Shown one piece after another: positions 20,138 through 30,486 of a stretch of 64,000 nt of DNA (positions within the stretch are counted from its first letter, which is position 1; each line of letters begins with the position of its first letter). This DNA is from an uncultured delta proteobacterium (GTDB taxonomy: Bacteria; Myxococcota_A; UBA9160; UBA4427), in the NCBI GenBank assembly GCA_963822965.1, contig CAWGJT010000005.1, positions 1,280,001 to 1,344,000 of the forward strand, in the 5' to 3' direction. A program made the position numbers and the translations under genes. Below the pieces are notes generated by a model. That model ran no database searches, had not been told where the DNA came from, and saw only the letters and a program-made list of their open reading frames with translations.

Positions 20138-21409
20138 TCAGGAAGCTGCGGCCTGGCTCACTCGGTAGCGAATCGGGAGCCGCTTCAAGCCCACGACGAA
20201 GCTGGACGCGATCCGGAGCGGGTCACCTGCGAGCTCCAGAGCGTCGATCCGGCCGACCAGCTCCCGCAGCAGCGCGCACTGCGACTGGCGGGCCAGGTGG
20301 GCGCCGAGGCAGAAGTGCTCGCCGATCCCGAATGCGAGGTGCCGGTTCGGATCGCGGTCGATGCGGAAGGTGGTATGGATCCTCGAAGACCGACTCGTCC
20401 CGATTCGCCGAGGCGTAGAAGAGCACGAGGTTCTCCCCTTCGCGGAGCTTCTGCCCGCGGAACTCCGTGTCCTCCGCCACGACGCGCTTCATGTAGTTGA
20501 CGGGCGACACCCAGCGCAGGATCTCCTCCACCGCGCTCGGCACCAGATCCGGATTCCGTTTCAGCTTCTCGAACTCGCCCGGGTGCTCGGCCAGGGCGTG
20601 GATGCCGCCGGCGAGGGCGTTCTTCGTGGTGTCGTGCCCTGCAGTAAAGGTGATCAGGTAGTAGCCGAGGGTCTCCATCATCCCCATGGGCTCCCCGTTC
20701 ACCTTCGCGTTGGCGAGCACGGTCGCCAGATCGTCCCTCGGCTTCGCGCGGCGGTCTTCGATGATCCCGTTGAAGAGCTGGAAGAACTCCATTGCCAGCG
20801 CCATCACCGCCTGACTCCGATCCTCGCCCTCGCGCTGGAGATCGGGGTCGTCCGCGGCGAACAGCGCGTTCGTGAGCCGGAGTAGCTGGGGCTCCATGCT
20901 CGCGCGATACCCCGAGAATCGTGGAGAGCACGCGAAGCGGGTGTGCGGCGGCGATCTCGTTCGCGAACTCGCATTCCCCCTCGCCGCCGCTGGCACGCTC
21001 GACCAGCCCGTCCACCAGGGCGCGGGCGCTCTCCTGGGCGATCGGGGCGATGCGGTCGATGGCACGCGGCGTGAACCAGGGGGCGGCGACCTTGCGATAG
21101 TCCCGATGCTCCGGCGGATCCATCACGAGGATGGCGCGCATCTGTCCGATTCCCTGGTTCGCTTCGAGGATCCGCTTCTGCTCCTGGCTCTCGAGCACGA
21201 TGCCCAAGCGATTGAGGAAGCGCTGCGGCTGCTTCGAGATCTCGCTGATCTGGTCGTGACGCACGATGGGATAGAAGGCGTCGAAGCCCTCCGGTCGAAC
21301 AGTGGTGCAGCCGGTCCAGCTTTCGCAGCGCGCGCCACTGATCGTGGGGGACGCCGCGCTCGCCGTAGGCCTGCGGCGCGATCAGGTCGAAGCCGTCGAT
21401 TTCGGTCAT
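20138..21409 (-). CDS. Cytochrome P450 (frameshifted in this sequence)
   Basis: MDPPEH, AGHDTT, EEILRW and HLAFGIGEHFCLG motifs spread over several frames. Confidence 0.8.
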
Positions 21410-21431
21410 CTGCACTACTCCCGTCGACCCG

Positions 21432-22616
21432 TCAGAGGGGGCGACGCTCGTTCAGCGCCGCCGCGTTCCGGTAGAGGATCTTCTCCTGGTCGGCGGCTGC
21501 GATCCCGTCCAGCTCGTCGAGAAGGTCGCGTCGGGTGCTCCAGGCCCTCCATGTGGGGCCAGTCCGACCCGAGGATCACCCGGTCGGCGCCCATGTGACC
21601 GATCACCTCGGCGACGTCGTCCTCCCAGAAGGGATTGATCCAGACGTGCCGCCGGAACACGTCCACGGGGTCTTCCTTGAAGTAGCCGCGGACGCGCTTC
21701 TTGGTGCGATCGAGGCTGCGCAGCAGAGTCGCCGAGGAACTCCGAGCCGTTCTCGACCGAGGCGATGCGCAGGTTCGGAGAAGCGTTCGAAGAGCCGGTC
21801 GAAGACCAGGCTCGCCAGGAAGTCGTTGATGTTCCGGGCGCGGTGGAAGTTCGTGACGCTCGGACGCGGGCCGAGGCCGAGGGGGTCGAGGCTTCGAACG
21901 TCGTAGCCGTTGCTGTCGTGGCGGGTGGCACCGATGTGGGTCACGACGGTGATGCCGGCCTCGTTCACGCGGGCCCAGAAGGGATCGAAGTCCTTGTGAC
22001 CCGGGTTGCGCGGTCCGCTTCGCGTGAAGACGGCGGCCGGCCGCATCACCAGGATCCGCGCGTCGCGCGCGAGCGCCCACTCGAGCTGCTCGCAGGCCCA
22101 GTCGACGTCCGCCAAGGTGATGTAGGGCGAGGTGAAGATGCGGTCCTCGTAGGTGAGCCCCCAGTCCTCGTCGAGCCACTGATTGAAGGCGCCGAAGGTC
22201 GTGCAAAGCGCATCTACGTCCTTCTTCAGCGGCTCCTCGTAGAGGACGCCCAGCGTGGGGAAGAGCCAGGCGCCCGCGAGGCCCTGCGCGTCCATGCGCG
22301 CGATCCGCGCGTCGCGGTCCATGTACTCGGGCGGCATCGGCTCGAGCGAGGAGCGGATCAGCTCGACGCTGGTCAGGCCGCGCGGGTTGCCGCTGAAGTA
22401 CTCGCGCAGCACGCCCGGCTTGGAGATGGGGTTGAAGGTGGGGTTCCCGGAGCGATCGATCTTGCCGCCGACGACCTGGTACTTGCGCCCGTCCTCGAGC
22501 TCGACCCACTCCACACAGCGGGATCGCATCCGCTTCGGCACGTGCCGGGTGAAGGCGTCGTGCGCCTCGTAGTAGTGGTTGTCGGCGTCGAAGATCTCGC
22601 CCTGGTAGCTGGCCAT
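21432..22616 (-). CDS. Amidohydrolase-2 family protein (frameshifted near the 3' end)
   Basis: DADNHYYE, RIASVENG and GSDWPHMEG motifs. Confidence 0.8.
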
Positions 22617-22745
22617 GCCTGCCTCCTCCCACGAGCGGGTTGCGCGGCACCTCGCGCGGAGTGACCGGTGTCTTGCAGTGGCTCAATTAGTATCATAGTT
22701 TGGGAGACGCGGGAAGCAGCGAAGCAGCGATGGAGGACGAAGCGC

Positions 22746-24308
22746 ATGGATCCGGGATTCCACGCCCAGAACAACCCGGACAAGGCCGCCGCCATCCACG
22801 CGCGCACGGGCGAGGTGCTGAGCTACGCCGAGCTCGATGCGGGCTCCAACCGCCTCGCGCAGCTCCTGTGGTCCGAAGGCCTGCGTCCAGGCGACCACAT
22901 CGCGGTCTTCCTCGAGAACCACCTCCGCTACTTCGAGGTCGTCTGGGCGGCGCTCCGTTCCGGACTCTATGTCACGACCGTCAACCGCTACCTGACCGGC
23001 CCGGAGGCCGGCTACATCGTGGACGACTGCGGCGCACGGGTGCTGGTGTCATCGCGGGCAGTCCATGAGGCCGCTTCGATGATTCCCGAGCAAGCGCCGG
23101 GCTGCCGACGCTTCCTGGTGGTCGACGGACCGCCCGAGGGAGCCTCGGAGCACTTCGAGAGCTACGAGGAGGCGCTGAACGAGCAGCCCGCCGAGCCCCT
23201 GGAAGAAGAGCCGCTCGGCGAGTTCATGCTCTACAGCTCGGGCACCACCGGCCGACCGAAGGGGATCGCGCGACCGCTCTCGGGCCGGCCGGTTTCGAAG
23301 GGGCTGGCGATGGGGGTCACGCTGAAGGGACTGTTTCGCGCGGATGCCGACACGGTGTACCTCTCGCCCGCTCCTCTCTACCACTCGGCGCCCATCGGCT
23401 TCACGACAGCCATCCAGTCTCTCGGCGGGACGGTCGTCATGATGGACCGCTTCGACGCCCGTGACGCGTTGCAGGCCCTCGAGAAGTACGCCGTCACGCA
23501 CAGCCAGTGGGTGCCCACCATGTTCTCGCGCATGCTGAAGCTCCCGGAGGAAGAGCGCGCACGCTTCGATCTCTCCGCGCACCGCGTGGCGATCCACGCG
23601 GCGGCGCCCTGCCCTCGAAAGGTGAAGGAGGAGATGTTCGCCTGGTGGGGCCCGATCCTGCACGAGTACTACGCGGGAACCGAGACGAACGGCTTGACGT
23701 ACGTGGGTCCCGAGGACTGGCTGGCCCATCCCGGCACCGTCGGTCGCGCCGTGATGGGCAAGATCCACATCTGCAACGAGGACGGCACGGAGCTTCCGAC
23801 CGGAGAGCCGGGCATCGTGTACTTCGAGCGAGACCGGCTGCCCTTTTCCTACCACAAGGATGCGGAGAAGACGCGAAGCGCCCAACATCCGCAGCATCCC
23901 ACGTGGACGGCCCTCGGCGACATCGGCTACGTCGATGAGGAGGGCTACCTCTACCTGACCGATCGGGCGTCATTCATGATCATCTCCGGCGGCGTCAACA
24001 TCTATCCACAGGAGATCGAGAACGAGCTGATCATGCACCCCAAGGTCGAGGACGTGGCCGTGATCGGCGTGCCGCACCCCGAGTTCGGTGAAGAGGTGAA
24101 GGCCATCGTCCAGCTCGTCGCGGGCGTGGACGCCGAACCGACGCTGGCCGACGAGTTGCTCGCGTTCGCGCGAGAGCGCCTGGCGGCCTACAAGTGCCCC
24201 CGCTCGGTCGACTTCGAGGCGGAGCTCCCCCGTCTCCCCACCGGCAAGCTCTACAAGCGGTTGCTCAAGGATCGCTACTGGGGCGACAAGACCAGCCGGA
24301 TCGTCTGA
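22746..24308 (+). CDS. Acyl-CoA synthetase (AMP-binding)
   Basis: YSSGTTGRPKG, EYYAGTE, IISGGVNIYPQE and PTGKL motifs. Confidence 0.95.
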   Translation: MDPGFHAQNNPDKAAAIHARTGEVLSYAELDAGSNRLAQLLWSEGLRPGDHIAVFLENHLRYFEVVWAALRSGLYVTTVNRYLTGPEAGYIVDDCGARVLVSSRAVHEAASMIPEQAPGCRRFLVVDGPPEGASEHFESYEEALNEQPAEPLEEEPLGEFMLYSSGTTGRPKGIARPLSGRPVSKGLAMGVTLKGLFRADADTVYLSPAPLYHSAPIGFTTAIQSLGGTVVMMDRFDARDALQALEKYAVTHSQWVPTMFSRMLKLPEEERARFDLSAHRVAIHAAAPCPRKVKEEMFAWWGPILHEYYAGTETNGLTYVGPEDWLAHPGTVGRAVMGKIHICNEDGTELPTGEPGIVYFERDRLPFSYHKDAEKTRSAQHPQHPTWTALGDIGYVDEEGYLYLTDRASFMIISGGVNIYPQEIENELIMHPKVEDVAVIGVPHPEFGEEVKAIVQLVAGVDAEPTLADELLAFARERLAAYKCPRSVDFEAELPRLPTGKLYKRLLKDRYWGDKTSRIV

Positions 24309-24949
24309 GGCGATCGACGACGGTCAAGCGCCTCGCAGGTTGCATGGCCGCTCTCCCAGCAACAACTGCGAGAGCTTCGAGTCGATGGCCTGACTCGCAA
24401 GTCGATTCGAGCCCGTTCCGCAAGGCGTCAGGTCACCGCCCCCGACTGTGACTAGAAGCGGTACCGCCATGGGTGTCCGCCTGGGCGTGCCCGCGGGCTC
24501 GGCAGTGGAGCCCCCGCCGCAGTGCGCCGCCGGCGATGCCTCGCCGGTCGTCGCGCCCATCGGGCAACGCGAGCTGCGAGCCGCCGAGCCCGGCTCTTCG
24601 CGGCAGATCGCCGACGCGGCGGCGCTCACCCAAGAGGAGGTGCGTGCCGCGTGCGCGACGAAGGCGAACTATCATGAGACCCGGCTCACCCTGCGATTCA
24701 CGCCCGCCAGCTCCTGGGCCGAGGTCGACACACTGCTCGCCGAGCCGGCGCGGACGGCGGCCCCGAGCGATCGGACCCGCGACCAATCCTCACACGGGCC
24801 GTGCGTCTGTGGCGTTGCGCCTCAACTGGGATTCACGTTGCGCTTCCCTCCGATGGCGCTTGCCAGCGGCCTCTCGCCCATGTCACAATCGAGATGACCT
24901 GGCTCGTCGTGCGCCACGCGGCGGCATCGGCATCTTGGAGGTGGCGACG

Positions 24950-27196
24950 ATGCACAGACTTCTTTCGCTTTCTTGTTCTTGTCGCCGGGCATCCAATTCC
25001 TGGGCTCTCTGGCTGGTGGCCATCGCCTGGTTGGGGCTGGGCGGCTCGGCGGGAGCGCAGACACCGCCCCCGGATCTGGGCACCTCGGTCGAGGCGTGCG
25101 TCAGCTGCCACGCAACCGGCGCCTTCGCCCAGGTCGGCGACGTGAACGATCCCTTCGACGTCCACTACGTCGATCTCGATCCGCAAGGTCCGGAGACGCA
25201 GTCGGGCTACCGACAGATCCACATCGCCCTCTCCTCCGTCGACGTCACCGGCATGCAGGTGGTGCTGGAGTTCAGCGCGACCGACGAGAACGGCGGTCCG
25301 GTCGACAACCTCTTCGACTCGGACGGCCGCTTCACTCTCGCGCGGCTCGTCGAGGGCGCCACGACCGGCGACCCCACCGATTGGCACCGGCTGGTGACGG
25401 GCGAACGCTTCACGACCAGCGGCGGCCTCTTCGAATACCTCGGCAGCGGCAGCTACCGCTACACCTCGGTCTACGACCCCACCACCACCCCGATCGCGGC
25501 CGGTGACACCCTGCGCCTCGCGGTCCAGATGTACGCCGGCGACATTCCGCCCGGCAACGGATGGTGCGACTTCGACGCCGACCTGATGACGGCCAACGAC
25601 TGCACCAGCCCCGTGAGCCTCACCCGGGACATCGTGCAGACCTCCAACTGCAACAGCTGCCACGGCGTGACCAGCGACACCATGCTGCGCGTGCATGGCG
25701 GCCGCACCCAGGTGCAGTACTGCGTCACGTGTCACAACCCGGATCTTGGCGACTATGACATGACGAACATGGTCCACAAGATCCACTACGGGGCGAACCT
25801 CACCAACGGCTTCCCACCGTTCGACGACGTCCAGTACACCCGGGACATCGACAACTGCCTCTCGTGCCACGGCGGCAGCGGCGTCGACGCGGACAACTGG
25901 GAGATGGTTCCGTCCCGACGCGCCTGCGGGTCGTGCCATGACGACGTCGACTTCGACACGGGCGCCGGTCACCCCTCGGCCGGCGCGCAGCCCACCAACC
26001 GCTTCTGCCAGAACTGCCACCCGCCCACGGGCGTCCGCACGGACAGCCTGCTGCCCGTCTCGGTGGTGCACCAGGGCGCGGCCCGCGCCGCCGAGGGCGC
26101 CCTGTATCGCGGGGGCTCCAACGGCTTCTCGATCGACGACGTGAGCTTCGACCGCGTCGCCGAGACGGTCACCATCGACTACTCGGTGACCCGGGACGGC
26201 CAGAAGATGATCCTGCAGAGCGATCCGCGCTGGAGCAACGGCGCCGCGCTGCGCTTCCGGATTGGCTGGAGCACCGACGACTACACCAACGAGGGAAGCG
26301 GCAGCACGCCCGCACAGCCGTTCGCGGTGAACGCGCTCAACGTGGGCGGCGTCGTCGCGGACCTGGGCGGCGGCAACTACCGCACCGTGGTCGACGTCTC
26401 GAGCTTCGGCTTCGGTACCGTGGCGATCGGCCTCGAGGGACATCCCCAGGCCGACCTCACCGACGACATGGTGGCCAACTACGTCCGCATCCCCGTGAAG
26501 GACGCGATCGCATTCGTCAGCATCGAAAATCGCGCCCCGACCGAGCCCCGGCGCCAGGTGATCGACATCACCAAGTGCAACCAGTGTCACGACCACTCCG
26601 GGGCGGGGCTCTCGCTGCACGGCGACAACCGCTCGGGCAACGAGCAGGTGTGCGTGCTCTGCCACAACGCGAACGCGACGGACATCTCCCAGCGACCCGC
26701 GCCCCCGATGCCGACGGCGGACGGCAAGCCCGAGGAAGCCATCGACTTCAAGCGCCTGATCCACGGCATCCACACCGGAGCGGATCTCGCCCAGGGCCTC
26801 GTCATCTACGGCTTCAACGGATCGGTGAACGACTTCTCGACGGTCGAGTTCATCGGGAACACCCGGAATTGCCTCACCTGCCACCTGCCCGGCACCTACG
26901 GAGCCGAGAATGCGGCCGAGACCCTGCCGTCCACGGTGATCACCGGGGCGGACCTGGCGGACCCCGAGGACGACCTGAACATCTCGTCGGTGGCCTCGGT
27001 GTGCTCGTCGTGCCACGACGACCAGATCGCGAAGAACCACATGCTGCTCGGCGGAGCGTCGTTCGTGGCGTACGACGCGGACATCGTGGCGGTGCCGGAG
27101 CCGGGGACGGTCGTCTCTCTGTTGGCGGGGTGCGGGCTGCTGAACCTGCTCTCGCGCCGCCGACGCAGAGCGGGGAACCGAACGCCGGGTCGTTGA
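24950..27196 (+). CDS. OmcA/MtrC-like decaheme c-type cytochrome with a PEP-CTERM tail
   Basis: GGAGG RBS; Sec signal ending AGA; 10 CxxCH; IDFKRLIHGIH; C-terminus VPEPGTVVSLLAGCGLLNLLSRRRRR. Confidence 0.88.
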   Translation: MHRLLSLSCSCRRASNSWALWLVAIAWLGLGGSAGAQTPPPDLGTSVEACVSCHATGAFAQVGDVNDPFDVHYVDLDPQGPETQSGYRQIHIALSSVDVTGMQVVLEFSATDENGGPVDNLFDSDGRFTLARLVEGATTGDPTDWHRLVTGERFTTSGGLFEYLGSGSYRYTSVYDPTTTPIAAGDTLRLAVQMYAGDIPPGNGWCDFDADLMTANDCTSPVSLTRDIVQTSNCNSCHGVTSDTMLRVHGGRTQVQYCVTCHNPDLGDYDMTNMVHKIHYGANLTNGFPPFDDVQYTRDIDNCLSCHGGSGVDADNWEMVPSRRACGSCHDDVDFDTGAGHPSAGAQPTNRFCQNCHPPTGVRTDSLLPVSVVHQGAARAAEGALYRGGSNGFSIDDVSFDRVAETVTIDYSVTRDGQKMILQSDPRWSNGAALRFRIGWSTDDYTNEGSGSTPAQPFAVNALNVGGVVADLGGGNYRTVVDVSSFGFGTVAIGLEGHPQADLTDDMVANYVRIPVKDAIAFVSIENRAPTEPRRQVIDITKCNQCHDHSGAGLSLHGDNRSGNEQVCVLCHNANATDISQRPAPPMPTADGKPEEAIDFKRLIHGIHTGADLAQGLVIYGFNGSVNDFSTVEFIGNTRNCLTCHLPGTYGAENAAETLPSTVITGADLADPEDDLNISSVASVCSSCHDDQIAKNHMLLGGASFVAYDADIVAVPEPGTVVSLLAGCGLLNLLSRRRRRAGNRTPGR

Positions 27197-27270
27197 GTCC
27201 CGGGGCGCGTCCGACGGAGTGCGGCTCGCGCGCCGAGCGGCGTCGACCGCCGACCCACCGGAGTGCTAGC

Positions 27271-29535
27271 GTGGCCGAGTCACCTTCCCGTCCCGCTGGC
27301 TCCCGGAGGGCACCAGGCTTGGCCGTTGCTCTTCGCGCGCTCGCGCGCCTGTTCCCGGTGGCGATGCTGGCCCTGGCGACAGCCTGCGGCAACGTCGGCG
27401 GCAGCACCGAGCAGGGCGGGGGCGCCGGAAGCACCACGAGCGGCGGCGGGACGAGCGACAGCGGCTCCGCGTCCGATGCCGAGACCGCGGGCGCGACCCC
27501 GGCGCCCGCGCCCGACGAGCCGCCGACCTCCGTCGAGGCCTGCGCGTCCTGTCACGCGCCCTGGCAGGCGCTGCCGGTCGACGACATCGATCGCGAGGGG
27601 GACGTCCACTACATCGACCCGGACCCGAACGGGCCCCTCACCGCGTCCGGCTACCGCCGGATCGACGCGGAGATCGACACCGTCGATCTGAGCGGCGCCT
27701 CGGTCGTGATCGACTTCACGGCCCGGAGCGAGACCGGGGACCCGGTCGAGGACCTCCTGCCCGACGACGGGCGCTTCGCGCTGGCCCGCCTCGAGGCCGG
27801 GGTCGGCGCGGCGCCCAACGACTGGGTGAACGTCGGCCTGGAGGCCGGCGCCTCGACCACGGAGCGCTTCACGAGCGGCCTGTTCGAGAACCTCTCCGCA
27901 GGCGCCTACCGCTACAGCTCGCTCCTCGACCCGGCCGGGCTGGTGCTCGCCGGCGACTCCATTCGGGTCGCGATCGAGCTGTCGGCCAGCGACCTGCCGC
28001 CCGAGAACGCCTGGTGCGACTTCGACGCCGACCTGCAGGCCCCGAATCTCTGCGGCGCCACCAGCCTCACCCGCGACGTCGTCCAGACCGCCGGCTGCAA
28101 CGTTTGCCACGGCCCCACCCACGACACGAAGCTCGTCTTCCACGGAGTGCGCACCGAGGTCGAGTACTGCGTCACGTGCCACAACCCGACGGGTGACACG
28201 GACTTCAGCCTGCTGATCCACAAGATCCACGCGGGCGAGTATCTCACGAAGGGCTTCCGGTCGTGGTCGACGGTGCGCTTCACGAAGGACCTCGACCGCT
28301 GCGAGGTGTGCCACACCGGGGCTGGTGCGGACGTGGACAACTGGAAGGAGGTGCCGGGGCGCAGTGCCTGCGGCGCCTGCCACGACCAGGTGAACTTCGA
28401 CACCGGCCAGAACCACGGCTCGGGCGGCGTGCAGAAGACCGATCGCTACTGCTCCGGCTGCCATCCCGTGTCGGGTCCGGTCACGCAGATCCAGATCCCC
28501 ATCACCACGGTGCACCGGGGCCAGCGCCGCTTCCTGGAGGCCGCCACCTATCGGGGCGGCGCGAACGGCTACGACATCGAGAGCCTCGACTACGCACCGG
28601 ACACGAACGAGATCACCGTGGTCTACTCCGTCACCCGGAACGGCGCGCGCATGAGCCTCGAGAGCGCGCCGCAGTGGACCGCGGGCGGCCGGCTCCGCCT
28701 GGTGCTGGGCTGGAACACGGCCGAGTACAGCAACGAGGGCAGTGGCGCGACCCCCGCGCAGCCCGTGCAGCTGAACGCCCTCGACGTGGGCGGCGCCGTG
28801 ACCGACCTGGGCGGGGGCCGCTACCAGGCGACCCTCGTCCCGCCGAGCAGCACCTCGGGTACCGTGACCGTGCATCTCGAGGGACGTCCCGTGGAGGACC
28901 CGGGCGCGCCGGGCAGCACCGGCGAGCAGATCCCGGTGGAGAGCGTCATCGAGCCCGTGAACCTCGAAGGGGGACGCTCGCAGATCGAGCCGCGGCGCAG
29001 CACCGTCGACCCGAGCCGCTGCAGCGTCTGCCACGACGCCTCGGGTGCCGGGCTCGCGGTCCACGGCAACAACCGGGTCGGAAACGTCGCCGTCTGCGCG
29101 GTCTGTCACAACCCCGATGCGACCGACATCAACCGCCGGCCGGCCGACCCGGCGACGACCCCCGACATGAAGCGCGAGGAGGCGATCGACTTCAAGCGCC
29201 TCATCCACCAGATCCACGCGGGAAGCTCCCTGCAGTCGGGGCTGGTGATCTACGGCTTCGCGGGCACGCCGAACGAGTTCGACCAGGTGGATTTCATCGG
29301 CAATCTCGCGAACTGCGAGACCTGTCACGTGGCGGGCTCGTACTCCACGCTGGACGCCCGGGCGGCGGGAAACTCGACGGTCGACACGGGCGCCGACCTC
29401 GCGGATCCCGACGACGACCTCAACATCTCCTCGACGGCGGCGGTGTGCTCTTCGTGCCACGATGCACAGGAGGACGAGAACCACATGAGGCTGTACGGCG
29501 CCTCCTTCAGCGCCCTCGATGCGAACATCCGCTGA
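27271..29535 (+). CDS. mtrC: OmcA/MtrC-like decaheme c-type cytochrome, lipoprotein
   Basis: Lipobox LATAC, Gly/Ser/Pro linker, 10 CxxCH; collinear paralog of the upstream gene. Confidence 0.85.
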   Translation: MAESPSRPAGSRRAPGLAVALRALARLFPVAMLALATACGNVGGSTEQGGGAGSTTSGGGTSDSGSASDAETAGATPAPAPDEPPTSVEACASCHAPWQALPVDDIDREGDVHYIDPDPNGPLTASGYRRIDAEIDTVDLSGASVVIDFTARSETGDPVEDLLPDDGRFALARLEAGVGAAPNDWVNVGLEAGASTTERFTSGLFENLSAGAYRYSSLLDPAGLVLAGDSIRVAIELSASDLPPENAWCDFDADLQAPNLCGATSLTRDVVQTAGCNVCHGPTHDTKLVFHGVRTEVEYCVTCHNPTGDTDFSLLIHKIHAGEYLTKGFRSWSTVRFTKDLDRCEVCHTGAGADVDNWKEVPGRSACGACHDQVNFDTGQNHGSGGVQKTDRYCSGCHPVSGPVTQIQIPITTVHRGQRRFLEAATYRGGANGYDIESLDYAPDTNEITVVYSVTRNGARMSLESAPQWTAGGRLRLVLGWNTAEYSNEGSGATPAQPVQLNALDVGGAVTDLGGGRYQATLVPPSSTSGTVTVHLEGRPVEDPGAPGSTGEQIPVESVIEPVNLEGGRSQIEPRRSTVDPSRCSVCHDASGAGLAVHGNNRVGNVAVCAVCHNPDATDINRRPADPATTPDMKREEAIDFKRLIHQIHAGSSLQSGLVIYGFAGTPNEFDQVDFIGNLANCETCHVAGSYSTLDARAAGNSTVDTGADLADPDDDLNISSTAAVCSSCHDAQEDENHMRLYGASFSALDANIR

Positions 29536-29541
29536 GCTCCG

Positions 29542-30486
29542 ATGGGCGACTCCGAGGCGCACAGGCAGAGGACGCAGCGACCCGCACGGCGGCAGCCGGG
29601 AGCGGCTGCGGCGCGGTTCGCGTGGCGTGCAGCCGCGGGTCTCGCGCTGGCCGGCGCTCTCGCGTTCCTGGCCTGCGCCTGGACCGCGTCCGAGCCGCCG
29701 CCCCAGCCCGGCGACTGGCACCGGACCGAGCCCGTACGGGGCGCCAGCGCGCCCCTGGGAGCCGCGCGCTGCGACCGCTGCCACGGCCACCAGCCGGCCC
29801 CGCGACACCACGCGGACTGCGAGTCGTGCCACGGCTCCGGGGAGCGCCACGTCCAGAACGTGACCGACCTGAGCGGAATCCGCTTTCCCAGGAACGCCGA
29901 CTGCCTGGCCTGCCACGAGACCGGTCACCGGGGCCTGCTCGACTGGTCGGCCTCGAACCACGAGCGAGCCGGCGTGCTTTGCAGCGACTGCCACGACCCG
30001 CACAACCTCGAACCCTTCCACCTGCGGACCCCGTCCCGGGTGGCCCAGAACGTGCTGCCCCAGGCCCGACCCGAGACGCGCGTGTGCCTGGGCTGCCACC
30101 TCGACGTCGCCGCGAAGCTGAACCTGCCCTCGCACCACCCGGTCCGAGAGGGGATGCTGGCCTGCAGCGACTGCCACGACCCGCATGGGTCGTCGCGTAC
30201 CCGGCTCGGTGCGGCGACCGCGCGCTGCACGGGCTGCCACCAGGCCCAGGCCGGCCCGTGGATCTACGAGCACACCCCTGTGGCCGAGGACTGCGGCTAC
30301 TGCCACGTACCGCACGGTGCGGCCGCCGACGACCTGCTGGTCGCCAACCAGCCCGGCGCCTGCGTGTACTGCCACTCCCTGGCCCAGTTCGGCGCCGTCC
30401 ACGACCCCCAGGCCTACACGAACCGCTGCACCGAGTGCCACGGCGCGGTGCACGGCTCGTACTCGGACCCGCACCTGCGGAGGTGA
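29542..30486 (+). CDS. mtrA: DmsE/MtrA-family periplasmic decaheme cytochrome c
   Basis: 10 CxxCH; SHHPVREG..CSDCHDPHGS, GPWIYEH.PV.EDC and CH..VHGS motifs. Confidence 0.9.
   Translation: MGDSEAHRQRTQRPARRQPGAAAARFAWRAAAGLALAGALAFLACAWTASEPPPQPGDWHRTEPVRGASAPLGAARCDRCHGHQPAPRHHADCESCHGSGERHVQNVTDLSGIRFPRNADCLACHETGHRGLLDWSASNHERAGVLCSDCHDPHNLEPFHLRTPSRVAQNVLPQARPETRVCLGCHLDVAAKLNLPSHHPVREGMLACSDCHDPHGSSRTRLGAATARCTGCHQAQAGPWIYEHTPVAEDCGYCHVPHGAAADDLLVANQPGACVYCHSLAQFGAVHDPQAYTNRCTECHGAVHGSYSDPHLRR

Noticed and set aside
14900..21800. Programmed frameshifting in the CSLREA, P450 and amidohydrolase genes
   Set aside because: Multiple clustered indels without slippery sites; sequencing error or decay is more likely.
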